Assembly (NCBI GenBank): GCA_902559415.1
Contig: CACEHW010000001.1
Span: 45,382 to 109,381, forward strand
DNA length: 64,000 nucleotides
Reading direction: 5' to 3'
From: an uncultured Fidelibacterota bacterium
Lineage (GTDB): Bacteria > Fidelibacterota > Marinisomatia > Marinisomatales > UBA1611
Shown: one piece after another, positions 18,818 to 28,820 of the stretch
Layout of the letters: each line of letters opens with the position of its first letter
Numbering within the stretch: position 1 is the stretch's first letter
Program-made: the position numbers and the translations under genes
Notes under the pieces: generated by a model
The model's database searches: none
Seen by the model: the letters and a program-made list of their open reading frames with translations, nothing else
What the model was told of the DNA's origin: nothing

Positions 18818-19366
18818 TTAACTTTGCCCTGTGATATTGGGAATATCATTTACTTCTATACCAAGAGAGTTCGCTGCTTTACCCCAAATTTGATCTATCT
18901 TTTTTTCAAAAATTAAAGAATTAATGGATTTTTGGATAAGCCAGTCACCGTTCTCAATTTCTCTTTCAAGCTGACCTCTGCTCCAACCAGAGTGGCCTAG
19001 AAATAATTTATACTGTTCATTACTTGTATTTACTATCGACTTTAGCGTATCAATATCACTAGAAACAGAAACTTCCTTATTAATAGAAATTGATTCATCT
19101 ATTTTTTTAATTGTATGCAAAAAAAGTATTCTATCTGTAAGAACAGGACCACCAATGAAAAGGTTGTTTTCATTTAAAACTTTGATTAATTCTTTATCAT
19201 TTTCTTGATTAGAAAATGAGATGTCATTTTTATTTATCTTTTTATTAATAATTAGACCCATTGCACCATGTTTATCATGTTCACATATAAATATGACCGT
19301 TTTTTTAAAAAGAGTATCATTCATATGTGGTAAGGATATTATAAAATGGTTTTTTAGAGTAGTCAC
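18818..19366 (-). CDS. YqgE/AlgH family protein (UPF0301)
   Basis: FKKTVIFICEHDKHGAMGLIINK ... GGPV ... LFLGHSGWSRGQLEREIENGDW matches the family pattern. 182 aa. Confidence 0.75.
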   Translation of the reverse strand: MTTLKNHFIISLPHMNDTLFKKTVIFICEHDKHGAMGLIINKKINKNDISFSNQENDKELIKVLNENNLFIGGPVLTDRILFLHTIKKIDESISINKEVSVSSDIDTLKSIVNTSNEQYKLFLGHSGWSRGQLEREIENGDWLIQKSINSLIFEKKIDQIWGKAANSLGIEVNDIPNITGQS

Positions 19367-19442
19367 TTTGTTAATGTTACCTTATTTAAAAAGGTTAATT
19401 AAGAGTTTTGGTGCAAGTTTCTTATTAGCTGTAATATAAAGG

Positions 19443-22295
19443 ATGTCTAAAATTAAAAAAACTAATGATAAGGAAAAATCTTTAACACAAATAGTTGTTA
19501 AGGGTGCGCGGCAACACAACCTTAAAAATATTAACGTTAGTATACCAAGAGATAAATTAGTTGTAATAACAGGGCTATCGGGTTCTGGAAAATCATCTTT
19601 GGCATTTGATACAATTTATGCTGAAGGTCAACGTAGATATGTAGAATCGCTGTCTACATATGCCCGACAATTTTTAGGGCTGATGGAAAAGCCGGATATG
19701 GATACAATAGAAGGATTGTCTCCTGCAATTAGTATTGAACAAAAGGCAAATGCCCGAAATCCTAGAAGCACAGTTGGTACAGTTACAGAAATTCATGATT
19801 ATTTAAGGTTATTATTTGCCCACGTTGGGCAACCAATTTGTTGGAAATGTGGCGATCCAATAAAAAAACAATCTGTCCAGCAAATTGTTGACACAATATT
19901 TAAAATTAAGAAAAAGACAAAAATTTTTATTTTGGCTCCAATCATTAGAGGGAAAAAAGGACAACATAAAACTATAATTAGTCAAGTTCAAAAAAAAGGG
20001 TTTCTCCGTATCAGAGTTGACGGGGAAGTTTATAAAGTCGATGATGATATCAATTTAGACAAAAATAAAAAGCATACAATTGAGATTTTAGTAGATAGAA
20101 TAATAATTGAAAAAGATATGCATGAAAGAGTCACAGAGTCTGTAGAGCTTGCACTAGCACTAGGTAAGGGTTTGATTGTCGTTCACGAGCTTAGTGGTGT
20201 AGATCATATTTTTAGCGAAAATTTTGCATGTCCTAAATGCGAAGTTAGTCTTGAAGAATTGACGCCTAGAATGTTTTCTTTTAACTCTCCTTTTGGTGCT
20301 TGCAAAAAGTGTGAGGGCATAGGAACTCATATGGAAGTTAATCCCGATTTAATTGTCCCTGATAAAAACAAGTCTCTTGTGCAAGGAGCAATTGCATCTT
20401 TGGGGGAACAGCCTAGGGGGAATTGGTATGGTAGTATTTTAAAAAGTCTATCTAAGCACCTCAATTTTAGTTTTTCTACACCATGGATAAAGCTAGATAA
20501 AGATACTCGCTATGAGCTTCTTTATGGTTCTGGTAATACTGAATATCAAATGCAATATAGTTCAGATAGATGGTCAGGAACATATAGTGGAGGATGGGAA
20601 GGTGCAATCCCCAATCTGATGAGGAGGTACAAGCAAACAAAATCAAATGGTGTTAGAGAGTGGATTGAACAATTTATGAGCATGCGTGATTGTTCTACTT
20701 GCAATGGGACCAGACTTAAAAGAGAAAGTAGGTCTGTTCTTTTGAGTGGGAAAAATCTGGGAGAAATTTCATCGATGTCTGTGAAAAATTTAAAAGTTTT
20801 TTTCAATAAGATTCGTTTATCAGATAAAGAACAACAAATTGCAAATCAGATTTTAAAAGAAATAAACCAAAGGTTATCTTTTTTAAATAATGTTGGCCTA
20901 GGGTATTTGTCTTTGAGTAGATCTGCAGCTACTTTATCAGGAGGGGAGTCGCAAAGGATTCGTCTTGCTACTCAGATAGGTTCGCAACTAATGGGAGTTT
21001 TATATATTCTTGATGAACCTTCAATTGGACTACATTCAAGAGACAATGCAAGGTTACTTTCTACTTTAAAAACGTTAAGAGATATCGGGAATTCAATACT
21101 AGTTGTTGAACATGATCAAGAGACAATGGAATCTTCAGACTTTATCATTGATATAGGGCCAAAAGCTGGTAAGCTTGGTGGAGAGGTCGTTTTTGCTGGA
21201 GAGCCTAAAGAAATTTATAAATCAAAATCCTCCCTTACTGGTAAATATTTATCTGGTAAAAAGAATATAGAAATCCCAAGGAAAAGAAGATTAGGAAAGT
21301 CTTCATTTATCAAATTATATGGCGCGAAAGGAAATAACCTCAAAAATATTGATGTTAAATTCCCATTGGGGAAATTAATATCAATTTCTGGCGTTTCAGG
21401 AAGCGGTAAAAGCACTTTAATAAATGAGACATTATATCCATTAATTGCTCAACATATAAATGGTTCAAGAGTATATCCATTGGAATATTCATCAATAGAG
21501 GGCCTTAAATATATTGACAAAGTTATCCAAATAGATCAAAAGCCAATTGGGCGGACACCTAGGTCAAACCCAGCTACTTACACAGGTCTTTTTACGTTTG
21601 TTAGAGATTTATTTTCCAAGCTTCCAGATTCAAAAATTAAAGGTTATAAACCTGGAAGATTTTCATTTAACGTAAAAGGTGGTCGCTGTGAATCTTGCGA
21701 AGGGGATGGGATTATAAAGATAGAGATGAATTTTTTACCTGATGTCTACGTAACCTGCGAGATTTGTAATGGAGCAAGATATAATAGAGAGACACTGGAA
21801 ATTAAATACAAAGGTAAATCTATATCAGATGTTTTGGGTATGGATGTAGATGAAGCAATTGGTTTTTTTGAGAATATCCCTGCAATTACAAAAAAGTTGA
21901 AAACATTAAAAGACGTAGGACTAGGCTACATTCATTTAGGTCAGCAGGCGACTACTTTATCTGGTGGGGAAGCTCAAAGGGTAAAACTATCAACCGAACT
22001 CTCTAAAATGAATACGCGAAAGACGTTATATATCCTTGATGAGCCTACAACAGGATTACATTTTGAAGATATAAGAATATTGCTTAAGGTTCTTCAAAAA
22101 TTAGTAGATCGTGGAAATACTGTTATAATTATTGAGCATAATATGGATATAATAAAATCATCTGATTGGGTCATTGACCTTGGGCCTGAAGGTGGTGACA
22201 AAGGCGGAGAAATAATTTCTTATGGAACTCCAGAAAAATTGGCTGAAAATAAAAGATCTTACACAGGGCAATTTCTAAAGGGCATGTTAAAATAA
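19443..22295 (+). CDS. uvrA: Excinuclease ABC subunit A
   Basis: 950 aa. Motifs include [51 protein letters not shown], a second Walker A ([10 protein letters not shown]), LSGGE signatures and CxxC zinc modules. Confidence 0.95.
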   Translation: MSKIKKTNDKEKSLTQIVVKGARQHNLKNINVSIPRDKLVVITGLSGSGKSSLAFDTIYAEGQRRYVESLSTYARQFLGLMEKPDMDTIEGLSPAISIEQKANARNPRSTVGTVTEIHDYLRLLFAHVGQPICWKCGDPIKKQSVQQIVDTIFKIKKKTKIFILAPIIRGKKGQHKTIISQVQKKGFLRIRVDGEVYKVDDDINLDKNKKHTIEILVDRIIIEKDMHERVTESVELALALGKGLIVVHELSGVDHIFSENFACPKCEVSLEELTPRMFSFNSPFGACKKCEGIGTHMEVNPDLIVPDKNKSLVQGAIASLGEQPRGNWYGSILKSLSKHLNFSFSTPWIKLDKDTRYELLYGSGNTEYQMQYSSDRWSGTYSGGWEGAIPNLMRRYKQTKSNGVREWIEQFMSMRDCSTCNGTRLKRESRSVLLSGKNLGEISSMSVKNLKVFFNKIRLSDKEQQIANQILKEINQRLSFLNNVGLGYLSLSRSAATLSGGESQRIRLATQIGSQLMGVLYILDEPSIGLHSRDNARLLSTLKTLRDIGNSILVVEHDQETMESSDFIIDIGPKAGKLGGEVVFAGEPKEIYKSKSSLTGKYLSGKKNIEIPRKRRLGKSSFIKLYGAKGNNLKNIDVKFPLGKLISISGVSGSGKSTLINETLYPLIAQHINGSRVYPLEYSSIEGLKYIDKVIQIDQKPIGRTPRSNPATYTGLFTFVRDLFSKLPDSKIKGYKPGRFSFNVKGGRCESCEGDGIIKIEMNFLPDVYVTCEICNGARYNRETLEIKYKGKSISDVLGMDVDEAIGFFENIPAITKKLKTLKDVGLGYIHLGQQATTLSGGEAQRVKLSTELSKMNTRKTLYILDEPTTGLHFEDIRILLKVLQKLVDRGNTVIIIEHNMDIIKSSDWVIDLGPEGGDKGGEIISYGTPEKLAENKRSYTGQFLKGMLK

Positions 22296-22379
22296 TTACA
22301 AATAAAATTAGTGTTCTTGGTGTCTAGGGCTTGAGAGCGTAATTTTAATATCTTTAAAAGCAACATTTATTTTCTTTAT

Positions 22380-23408
22380 ATGACAGATATATTTATTACA
22401 GACCCTAGTCCTTTTGAAGAAGATATTAGCGTTGAAAAGTCGCTTAGGCCTGTAAAGTTTGATGAGTTTATTGGCCAAAAAGAATTAGTAGAAAATTTAA
22501 AGTTATATATTGATGCTGCAAATGGTAGAGAAGAAGCATTGGATCATGTTTTATTATTTGGGCCTCCAGGGTTAGGTAAAACCACTTTAGCAAACATTAT
22601 ATCTAAAGAATTAAATGTAAGTATTAAACAAGCATCAGGGCCGGTAATTGATAGAGCAGGTGATTTAGCTGGTATGCTCACTAATATACAATATAGAGAT
22701 GTTTTTTTCATTGACGAAATACATAGATTAAATAGTGTCGTTGAGGAGTATTTGTATTCAGCAATGGAAGATTTTAAAATTGATATTATGATTGATAAGG
22801 GTCCAAGTGCTCGTAGCGTTCAGTTAGACCTTGATCCCTTTACCCTAGTTGGCGCAACCACGAGACTTGGTAACTTGACTTCCCCACTAAGGGATAGGTT
22901 TGGTATTGTTTTAAGAGTAGATTATTATAATGCTAAAGATTTATTTCATATAATTTGCAGATCAGCTGATATATTAGAAGTAGATATAGATGAAAAAGGT
23001 GCAATGGAACTTGCCAAAAGAAGTCGCGGAACACCTAGGGTGGCAAATCGTATTCTAAGGCGTGCAAGAGATTATGCTCAGGTAAAAGCAGGTGGTATAA
23101 TTACTTTCGAAGTAGCAAATAAGGCGTTAAATAAACTTGGCGTTGATAAATTTGGCTTAGATGTTATGGATAGAAATATCCTTGAAGTATTAATAGATAA
23201 ATTCTCTGGTGGCCCTGTTGGAATAAAATCATTAGGTGTCGCTGTAGGTGAAGATCCATCAACAATTGAAGACGTTTATGAACCATATTTAATTAAACAG
23301 GGGTTCATGCAGCGAACTTCCAGAGGAAGGATTGTGCAGGAATCAGCATATAAACTACTTGGGAAACCAATAAATAAAAATAACCAAAAGGACTTATTTA
23401 ATGATTGA
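22380..23408 (+). CDS. ruvB: Holliday junction branch migration helicase RuvB
   Basis: Walker [15 protein letters not shown], Walker [27 protein letters not shown] and [13 protein letters not shown]. Confidence 0.95.
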   Translation: MTDIFITDPSPFEEDISVEKSLRPVKFDEFIGQKELVENLKLYIDAANGREEALDHVLLFGPPGLGKTTLANIISKELNVSIKQASGPVIDRAGDLAGMLTNIQYRDVFFIDEIHRLNSVVEEYLYSAMEDFKIDIMIDKGPSARSVQLDLDPFTLVGATTRLGNLTSPLRDRFGIVLRVDYYNAKDLFHIICRSADILEVDIDEKGAMELAKRSRGTPRVANRILRRARDYAQVKAGGIITFEVANKALNKLGVDKFGLDVMDRNILEVLIDKFSGGPVGIKSLGVAVGEDPSTIEDVYEPYLIKQGFMQRTSRGRIVQESAYKLLGKPINKNNQKDLFND

Positions 23409-24456
23409 AAAAAAGAAAAAATTTAAACTTGGAGATTTTGATTATCCATTACCAAAAAAGCATATTGCCCAATATCCTGGCAAGAAAAGAGATGACTCTA
23501 AATTAATGGTCGTTAATAGAAAAGAAAAAACAATAGAACATAAAAAATTTAGAAATATTGTTGATCATCTTAGAAAAAATGATTTATTGATTTTAAATAA
23601 TACTAAAGTATTTCCAGCTAGATTATTTGCAACGAAAGATAGGACTGATGCTAAAGTCGAGGTCTTTTTATTACGGGAGCTTGCTGAGAATTTATGGGAA
23701 GTAATGGTCAGACCCGCTAGAAAAGTTAGGATAGGAAATAAATTAGTCTTTACTCCTAAATTAATGTGTGATGTTATAGATAATACCGTTTCGGGTGGAA
23801 GGGTTGTGCGATTTGAATCAGAAAGCCAGCAGGAGCTCCATAAAATTATTGATAAAATAGGGACTTCTCCTCTTCCTCCTTATATCACTAGAGACCCTGA
23901 GCCTAGTGACAAAAAAAGATACCAAACAGTTTACGCATCTCAGCGAGGGGCTGTTGCGGCTCCAACTGCGGGCCTTCATTTCACAGATGCATTAATTAAA
24001 AAAATTGAAAAGAAAGGTGTCAAAATTGAATATATTACTTTGCATATTGGACTAGGTACTTTTAGGCCAGTTCAGGTAGAAGATTTAAATAGGCATCAAA
24101 TGGATTCCGAGTACTTTGAAGTATCTCCAAAAACAGCAATGGCGATTAACGAAGCTAGGAAAAAGCATAGGAAAATTGTTGCAGTTGGGACCTCAACTAT
24201 AAGAGCACTTGAGACAGTTGTAGTTTCAGGGTTTATGGTTTCTCCTAAAAGAGGCTGGACTGATAAATTTATTTACCCACCTTATGAGTACAAAATGGTT
24301 GATTCAATGGTCACTAATTTTCATACGCCTAAGTCAACATTAATGATGATGGTAAGTGCTTTTGCTGATATTAGTTTATTAAAAAAAGCTTATCGTGAGG
24401 CAAAAAAGAACGATTATAGATTCCTTAGCTATGGGGATGCTATGATTATAGAGTAA
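23401..24456 (+). CDS. queA: S-adenosylmethionine:tRNA ribosyltransferase-isomerase
   Basis: 351 aa. [36 protein letters not shown] and [10 protein letters not shown] are present. It overlaps the ruvB stop by 8 nt. Confidence 0.9.
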   Translation: MIEKKKKFKLGDFDYPLPKKHIAQYPGKKRDDSKLMVVNRKEKTIEHKKFRNIVDHLRKNDLLILNNTKVFPARLFATKDRTDAKVEVFLLRELAENLWEVMVRPARKVRIGNKLVFTPKLMCDVIDNTVSGGRVVRFESESQQELHKIIDKIGTSPLPPYITRDPEPSDKKRYQTVYASQRGAVAAPTAGLHFTDALIKKIEKKGVKIEYITLHIGLGTFRPVQVEDLNRHQMDSEYFEVSPKTAMAINEARKKHRKIVAVGTSTIRALETVVVSGFMVSPKRGWTDKFIYPPYEYKMVDSMVTNFHTPKSTLMMMVSAFADISLLKKAYREAKKNDYRFLSYGDAMIIE

Positions 24457-24472
24457 TAGTTTCGTTTTTAGT

Positions 24473-25150
24473 TTGGAAAAAGTTTCTGCAATTATTCTTG
24501 CTGCTGGGTCTGGAAGTAGGTTTGGAGAAAGGAAGCAGTTTAAAAAGTTAAATGGTAGTTCTATTTGGACTTATTCATTAGATACTTTCAACAAGTCCAA
24601 TTGTTTTCAAGAATTTATTTTAATCGTATCAAAAGATTCGTTAAATGAATTAAAAGATTCGGAAGAGTTTTACCAGTTTTCTAAAACAATCAATATTAAA
24701 TTGGCTTGTGGAGGAGAATCGAGGCAAGATTCAGTGTATAATGGTTTGCAATTAGTGGATGAAAATAATAATATTATTTGTATTCATGATGCAGCGAGGC
24801 CATTTGTAAAACAGGAACATATTAGAGCTGTTATCGAAGCATGTTCTATTTATGATGGTTCTATATTAGCTATACCAGCTACAGATACTATAAAGAAAAT
24901 GCAAGGCGGTATTGTTGAAAAGACAATTGATAGAGATTCTATTTGGTTGGCGCAAACCCCACAAGCTTTTCAAAAAGATAAACTTTTACATGCAATTGAA
25001 CTAGGTTCTAATATAAAAATTACTGATGAGAGCACGCTTATGGAGCTCGCAGGTTTTAAAATAAAAATTATTAGTGGAGACTCAAGCAATTTGAAAATCA
25101 CAAGAAAAATTGATTGGGAGTTAGCAAAAATAATTGAAAGTGAAAAATAA
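24473..25150 (+). CDS. ispD: 2-C-methyl-D-erythritol 4-phosphate cytidylyltransferase
   Basis: TTG start. AIILAAGSGSRFG and IHDAARPF motifs. 225 aa. Confidence 0.85.
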   Translation: MEKVSAIILAAGSGSRFGERKQFKKLNGSSIWTYSLDTFNKSNCFQEFILIVSKDSLNELKDSEEFYQFSKTINIKLACGGESRQDSVYNGLQLVDENNNIICIHDAARPFVKQEHIRAVIEACSIYDGSILAIPATDTIKKMQGGIVEKTIDRDSIWLAQTPQAFQKDKLLHAIELGSNIKITDESTLMELAGFKIKIISGDSSNLKITRKIDWELAKIIESEK

Positions 25151-25153
25151 AAA

Positions 25154-25642
25154 ATGGTTCGTTCAGGTATCGGTTATGATGTCCATCAATTAAAAATTGG
25201 GTTAGAATTATATATTGGTGGTGTAAAAGTTGAATCCGATTATGGTTCTCTAGGGCACTCAGATGGAGATGCCTTAATTCATTCAGTGGTTGACTCCTTA
25301 TTAGGTGCTGCTGGTCTTGGAGATATTGGCAAATATTTTCCAAGCGATCAAGAAAAGTGGGCAGGTGCAAAAAGTGAAATATTTTTATTTGAAGCAAAAA
25401 ACATGCTTATTGAACACGGTTTTCAAATAGCAAATATTGATTGTACAATTATATTACAGAGTCCAAAAGTTGGGCCATACATTTCTAAAATCCGTAAAAA
25501 TATTTCAAAGATGCTAGAATTAAATGAAAAAAAAGTGTCTATTAAAGCTACTACCACTGATTATTTAGGCTACATTGGAGAATCGAAAGGCTGGAGCGCA
25601 ATTTCTATAGCAACAATTTTTGAAATTAATGAAAACAGTTAA
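25154..25642 (+). CDS. ispF: 2-C-methyl-D-erythritol 2,4-cyclodiphosphate synthase
   Basis: GIGYDVHQL ... GHSDGDALIHSVVDSLLGAAGLGDIGKYFP. 162 aa. Confidence 0.9.
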   Translation: MVRSGIGYDVHQLKIGLELYIGGVKVESDYGSLGHSDGDALIHSVVDSLLGAAGLGDIGKYFPSDQEKWAGAKSEIFLFEAKNMLIEHGFQIANIDCTIILQSPKVGPYISKIRKNISKMLELNEKKVSIKATTTDYLGYIGESKGWSAISIATIFEINENS

Positions 25643-26477
25643 ACTTAATTCTTATGCAAAAGTCAATATTGGCCTAAAGTTATTACAAAAAAGAATTGAT
25701 GGTTATCATGATATAAGCACAGTTTTTCAGGAAATAGATCTATATGATGAAATAACCATTTCTAAATCTAGTAATAGTGTGTTGGAATTTTATTCTAATG
25801 TTGATTGGTTAAAAAATGATCAACATAATTTATGTATTATAGCATATAATCGTATAAAAGATTTGTATGACATTGGTGGTGTAGATATCAACTTAGTAAA
25901 AAATATTTCAAAGGGAAGTGGCTTAGGGAGTGGCTCTTCAAATGCAGCAGCAGTAATGAAAGGGCTAAGAAAAATTTTTAACCTTGAGGTAACAGATAAA
26001 GAGCTTGAAAAAATAGGTGAAGAAATAGGTGCTGATGTACCTTTTTTTATAAGGGGGGCTACACAAATAGGAGAGGGCATAGGAGAAAAGCTTTCAGATG
26101 TAAAGTGTAGAATAGATGGATCATTTTTAATTATTACTCCAGATATTTCAATTGATACAAAATGGGCTTATTCTCAAATTAAAAATGTTTTGGATAAAGC
26201 CAATTCAGCTACTAAGTTTTCCGACTCATTTTGTGGTGAGACAATTAGTCTTGACACATTAAAGTTTTTTGAGAACGATTTTGAATCTGTTGTTTTTCCA
26301 ACATATCCAGAGATTGGTGTAATAAAAAGCGAACTAATTGCATTAGGTGCAAAGTTTGCCAGTCTGTCGGGTTCTGGCTCGACTGTGTTTGGGATTTTCG
26401 ATGATAATGCTAGAATTAATAAAGCATTTTCTCATTTCTCTCCAATGCATAAGACGCATATTGCTCATCCTGTTTAA
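25629..26477 (+). CDS. ispE: 4-diphosphocytidyl-2-C-methyl-D-erythritol kinase
   Basis: GHMP-kinase motif GSGLGSGSSNAAA and N-terminal AKVNIGLKLL. The track starts at TTG 25620. I prefer the ATG at 25629 (MKTVKLNSYAKVN), which still overlaps the ispF stop. Confidence 0.85.
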   Translation: MKTVKLNSYAKVNIGLKLLQKRIDGYHDISTVFQEIDLYDEITISKSSNSVLEFYSNVDWLKNDQHNLCIIAYNRIKDLYDIGGVDINLVKNISKGSGLGSGSSNAAAVMKGLRKIFNLEVTDKELEKIGEEIGADVPFFIRGATQIGEGIGEKLSDVKCRIDGSFLIITPDISIDTKWAYSQIKNVLDKANSATKFSDSFCGETISLDTLKFFENDFESVVFPTYPEIGVIKSELIALGAKFASLSGSGSTVFGIFDDNARINKAFSHFSPMHKTHIAHPV

Positions 26478-26500
26478 TTATTTGGATTAAATTTAAAAAT

Positions 26501-26571
26501 TGGGGCGTCGTCTAATGGTAGGACACCTGGTTTTGGTCCAGGCAGTTGGGGTTCGAGTCCCTACGCCCCAG
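26501..26571 (+). tRNA. tRNA-Gln (anticodon UUG)
   Basis: I folded the cloverleaf by hand. The acceptor stem is TGGGGCG/CGCCCCA with U1-A72 and discriminator G. The D stem is GTCT/GGAC and the anticodon stem is CCTGG/CCAGG. The anticodon loop is TT-TTG-GT. The T arm is TGGGG-TTCGAGT-CCCTA. CCA is not encoded. Confidence 0.88.
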
Positions 26572-26585
26572 CAACTAATATTAAA

Positions 26586-27530
26586 ATGAAAAGAGAACGT
26601 AAAATATTTAGTGGTAGGAGTAATCCTCCATTAGCAAAAAAAATTGCTCAATCGGCTAATTGTGAATTAGGTGATATTTCAATTAAGACTTTTTCTGATG
26701 GTGAAATTTGGGTTAAGTACGAAGAAAATATTAGAGGTCAGGATGTATTTCTAGTTCAATCAACTAACGGGCCCTCTGAAAATATAATTGAACTAGCGTT
26801 GATGACTGATGCTGCCGTAAGAGCATCAGCTAGCACAGTAAATATTATCATGCCATATTTTGGTTATGGGCGTCAAGACAGAAAAGACCAACCTAGAGTA
26901 CCAATATCTTCAAGGGTTATGATTGATATAATAACTAGTATGGGAGCTGATAGAATTGTAACGATGGATTTACACTCAACACAAATTCAAGGTTTTGCTA
27001 AAATTCCTTTTGATCATCTATATAGTAGAATGGTTTTAATGGATGCTATTTCAAATTTAGGTTTAGATCCTGCAACTTCAGTTGTTTTATCTCCTGACGT
27101 TGGCTCAGCTGCTATGAGCCAAGCGTATGCTAAGCGGTTAGGAATGCATTTTGCATTAATTGATAAAAGGAGGTATGCTCCAAATAAAGCGAAAGTTAGT
27201 CATCTAATTGGAGAGTTAGAAAAAATGGATGTTCTCATAATAGATGACATGATTGATACCGCAGGTACAACAGTTGGTGCTGCAGAGGCAGCAATAAATA
27301 AGGGGGCTAAATCTGTCACTGCAATAGCAACGCATGGAGTTTTATCTGGGCCTGCAATTAATCGATTAAGTAATGCCCCTATAACAAATTTAATTGTTAC
27401 GGATACAATCTTAATTCCTAAGGAAAAAATATTAGATAACATGAAAATTATATCAGTTGCTGATGTATTTGGCGCTGCAATTAATCGTATTCATAATGGA
27501 GAATCTGTTAGTGCATTATTTGAATTTTAA
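26586..27530 (+). CDS. prs: Ribose-phosphate pyrophosphokinase
   Basis: 314 aa. FSDGEIWVKYEENIRGQDVF, PYFGYGRQDRK, DLHSTQIQGF and the PRPP-binding loop VLIIDDMIDTAGT are present. Confidence 0.95.
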   Translation: MKRERKIFSGRSNPPLAKKIAQSANCELGDISIKTFSDGEIWVKYEENIRGQDVFLVQSTNGPSENIIELALMTDAAVRASASTVNIIMPYFGYGRQDRKDQPRVPISSRVMIDIITSMGADRIVTMDLHSTQIQGFAKIPFDHLYSRMVLMDAISNLGLDPATSVVLSPDVGSAAMSQAYAKRLGMHFALIDKRRYAPNKAKVSHLIGELEKMDVLIIDDMIDTAGTTVGAAEAAINKGAKSVTAIATHGVLSGPAINRLSNAPITNLIVTDTILIPKEKILDNMKIISVADVFGAAINRIHNGESVSALFEF

Positions 27531-27539
27531 AAAGGAGAA

Positions 27540-28235
27540 GTGAAGATGGCTACATCTTATTATAAATTAGATATTGAAAGTAGAGAATCAGTTGGTAAGA
27601 AATCAACGAAAGCTATTAGGCGAGAAGGGAAAATTCCTAGTACGCTTTATTTTAAAGGCGAAGAACCAGAAAGTATAGCAATTGATAAAATAAAATTATA
27701 TCAAGCTCTTAAATCTGATCAGCGAGTCTATGAAGTAGAGATAAGTGGTGAATCACAATATGTTATGGTAAAAGCTGTCCAATATCATCCTGTTACAGAT
27801 GAAATTGTACATCTAGATTTCATGCGTGTGCGTAGATCTGAAAAAATGACGATATCTGTTCCGCTAGTGCTTACCGGTAAGCCGATAGGTGTAACGGAAG
27901 GAGGTATTTTATCTCAATCTCTTAATCAAATAGAAATAAGTTGTTTTCCTACAAATGTTCCAGAACAAATAGAGGTTAGTATTGAACATATGGGACTTAA
28001 TGAATCTATAAGTATTGCTGACGTATCTACTGATGATGAAGAAATAGAAATATTAAGTGCTTCTGATATAAGCGTAGCTTCAATAATAACTCCTGTTGCA
28101 GAAGAAGAAATTGCAACTGCTGATAGCGATGAGCCTACTGAAGAGGTAGAAGATGGAGAGAGCACTTCAGATGGAGATAAACCTGATGAGAGTAGTGAAG
28201 AGGCTGAATCTTCTGGTGAGGGAGCTAAAGATTAG
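27540..28235 (+). CDS. rplY: 50S ribosomal protein L25 / general stress protein Ctc, with an acidic C-terminal tail
   Basis: L25 N-terminal domain (RESVGKKSTKAIRREGKIPSTLY ... VQYHPVTDEIVHLDF). It sits in the conserved prs-rplY-pth position. The start is GTG 27540 or ATG 27546. Confidence 0.85.
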   Translation: MKMATSYYKLDIESRESVGKKSTKAIRREGKIPSTLYFKGEEPESIAIDKIKLYQALKSDQRVYEVEISGESQYVMVKAVQYHPVTDEIVHLDFMRVRRSEKMTISVPLVLTGKPIGVTEGGILSQSLNQIEISCFPTNVPEQIEVSIEHMGLNESISIADVSTDDEEIEILSASDISVASIITPVAEEEIATADSDEPTEEVEDGESTSDGDKPDESSEEAESSGEGAKD

Positions 28236-28243
28236 AGTTAGAT

Positions 28244-28798
28244 GTGGTTGTATTTATAGGCTTAGGTAATGTTGGCGAAAAATTTAAAGATACAAAACAT
28301 AATGCGGGGTTTTGGGTAGTAGATGAAATGGCTAATAGGCATAATATATCATTTAAACCAGCACAAGGTGATTATGTGATTGCATCAAAACCAGAGAAGT
28401 TTTTTTTAATTAAGCCAACTACAGGGATGAATCGAAGCGGGATTGCAGTTAAGGAAATAATGGATTCAAAAAATATTTTAATAAATCAAATTTATATAAT
28501 CTATGATGATGTGGATTTACCACTTGGTAAGATTCGTATAAGGCCTAAAGGTGGCGATGGTTCTCATAGGGGTTTAGAAAATATTATTTTTTCAACAAAT
28601 ACAAATGATATTCCTCGCTTAAGATTTGGGATTGGTACTGGAGAAGAGATGAGGCCGGCAGAAAATTATGTTTTAAAACCTTTCTCAAATGATAATGATA
28701 AGAAGGTGTCTATACAAACAGTCACAAAAGCAGTAGATGCCTTAGATAGTTTGATTTTTAATGGTTTGGACAAAACAATGAATATTTATAATTCTTAA
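28244..28798 (+). CDS. pth: Peptidyl-tRNA hydrolase
   Basis: GTG start. VVFIGLGNVGEKFKDTKHNAGF, MNRSG and GGDGSHRGL (GHNGL-like) are present. 184 aa. Confidence 0.9.
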   Translation: MVVFIGLGNVGEKFKDTKHNAGFWVVDEMANRHNISFKPAQGDYVIASKPEKFFLIKPTTGMNRSGIAVKEIMDSKNILINQIYIIYDDVDLPLGKIRIRPKGGDGSHRGLENIIFSTNTNDIPRLRFGIGTGEEMRPAENYVLKPFSNDNDKKVSIQTVTKAVDALDSLIFNGLDKTMNIYNS

Positions 28799-28820
28799 AA
28801 TAATGGAGATATAAAAAATA

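Noticed and set aside
19367-19442. SOS/LexA box upstream of uvrA
   Set aside because: I found no CTGT-N8-ACAG, GAAC-N4-GTTC or other LexA-type dyad that I recognise in the 76-nt gap. Without knowing the lineage-specific motif, nothing can be claimed.
26478-26585. tRNA-Gln as a possible integration hotspot or genomic-island boundary
   Set aside because: It is flanked immediately by ispE and prs in a conserved housekeeping order. I saw no integrase, no direct repeat of the tRNA 3' end and no change in gene content.
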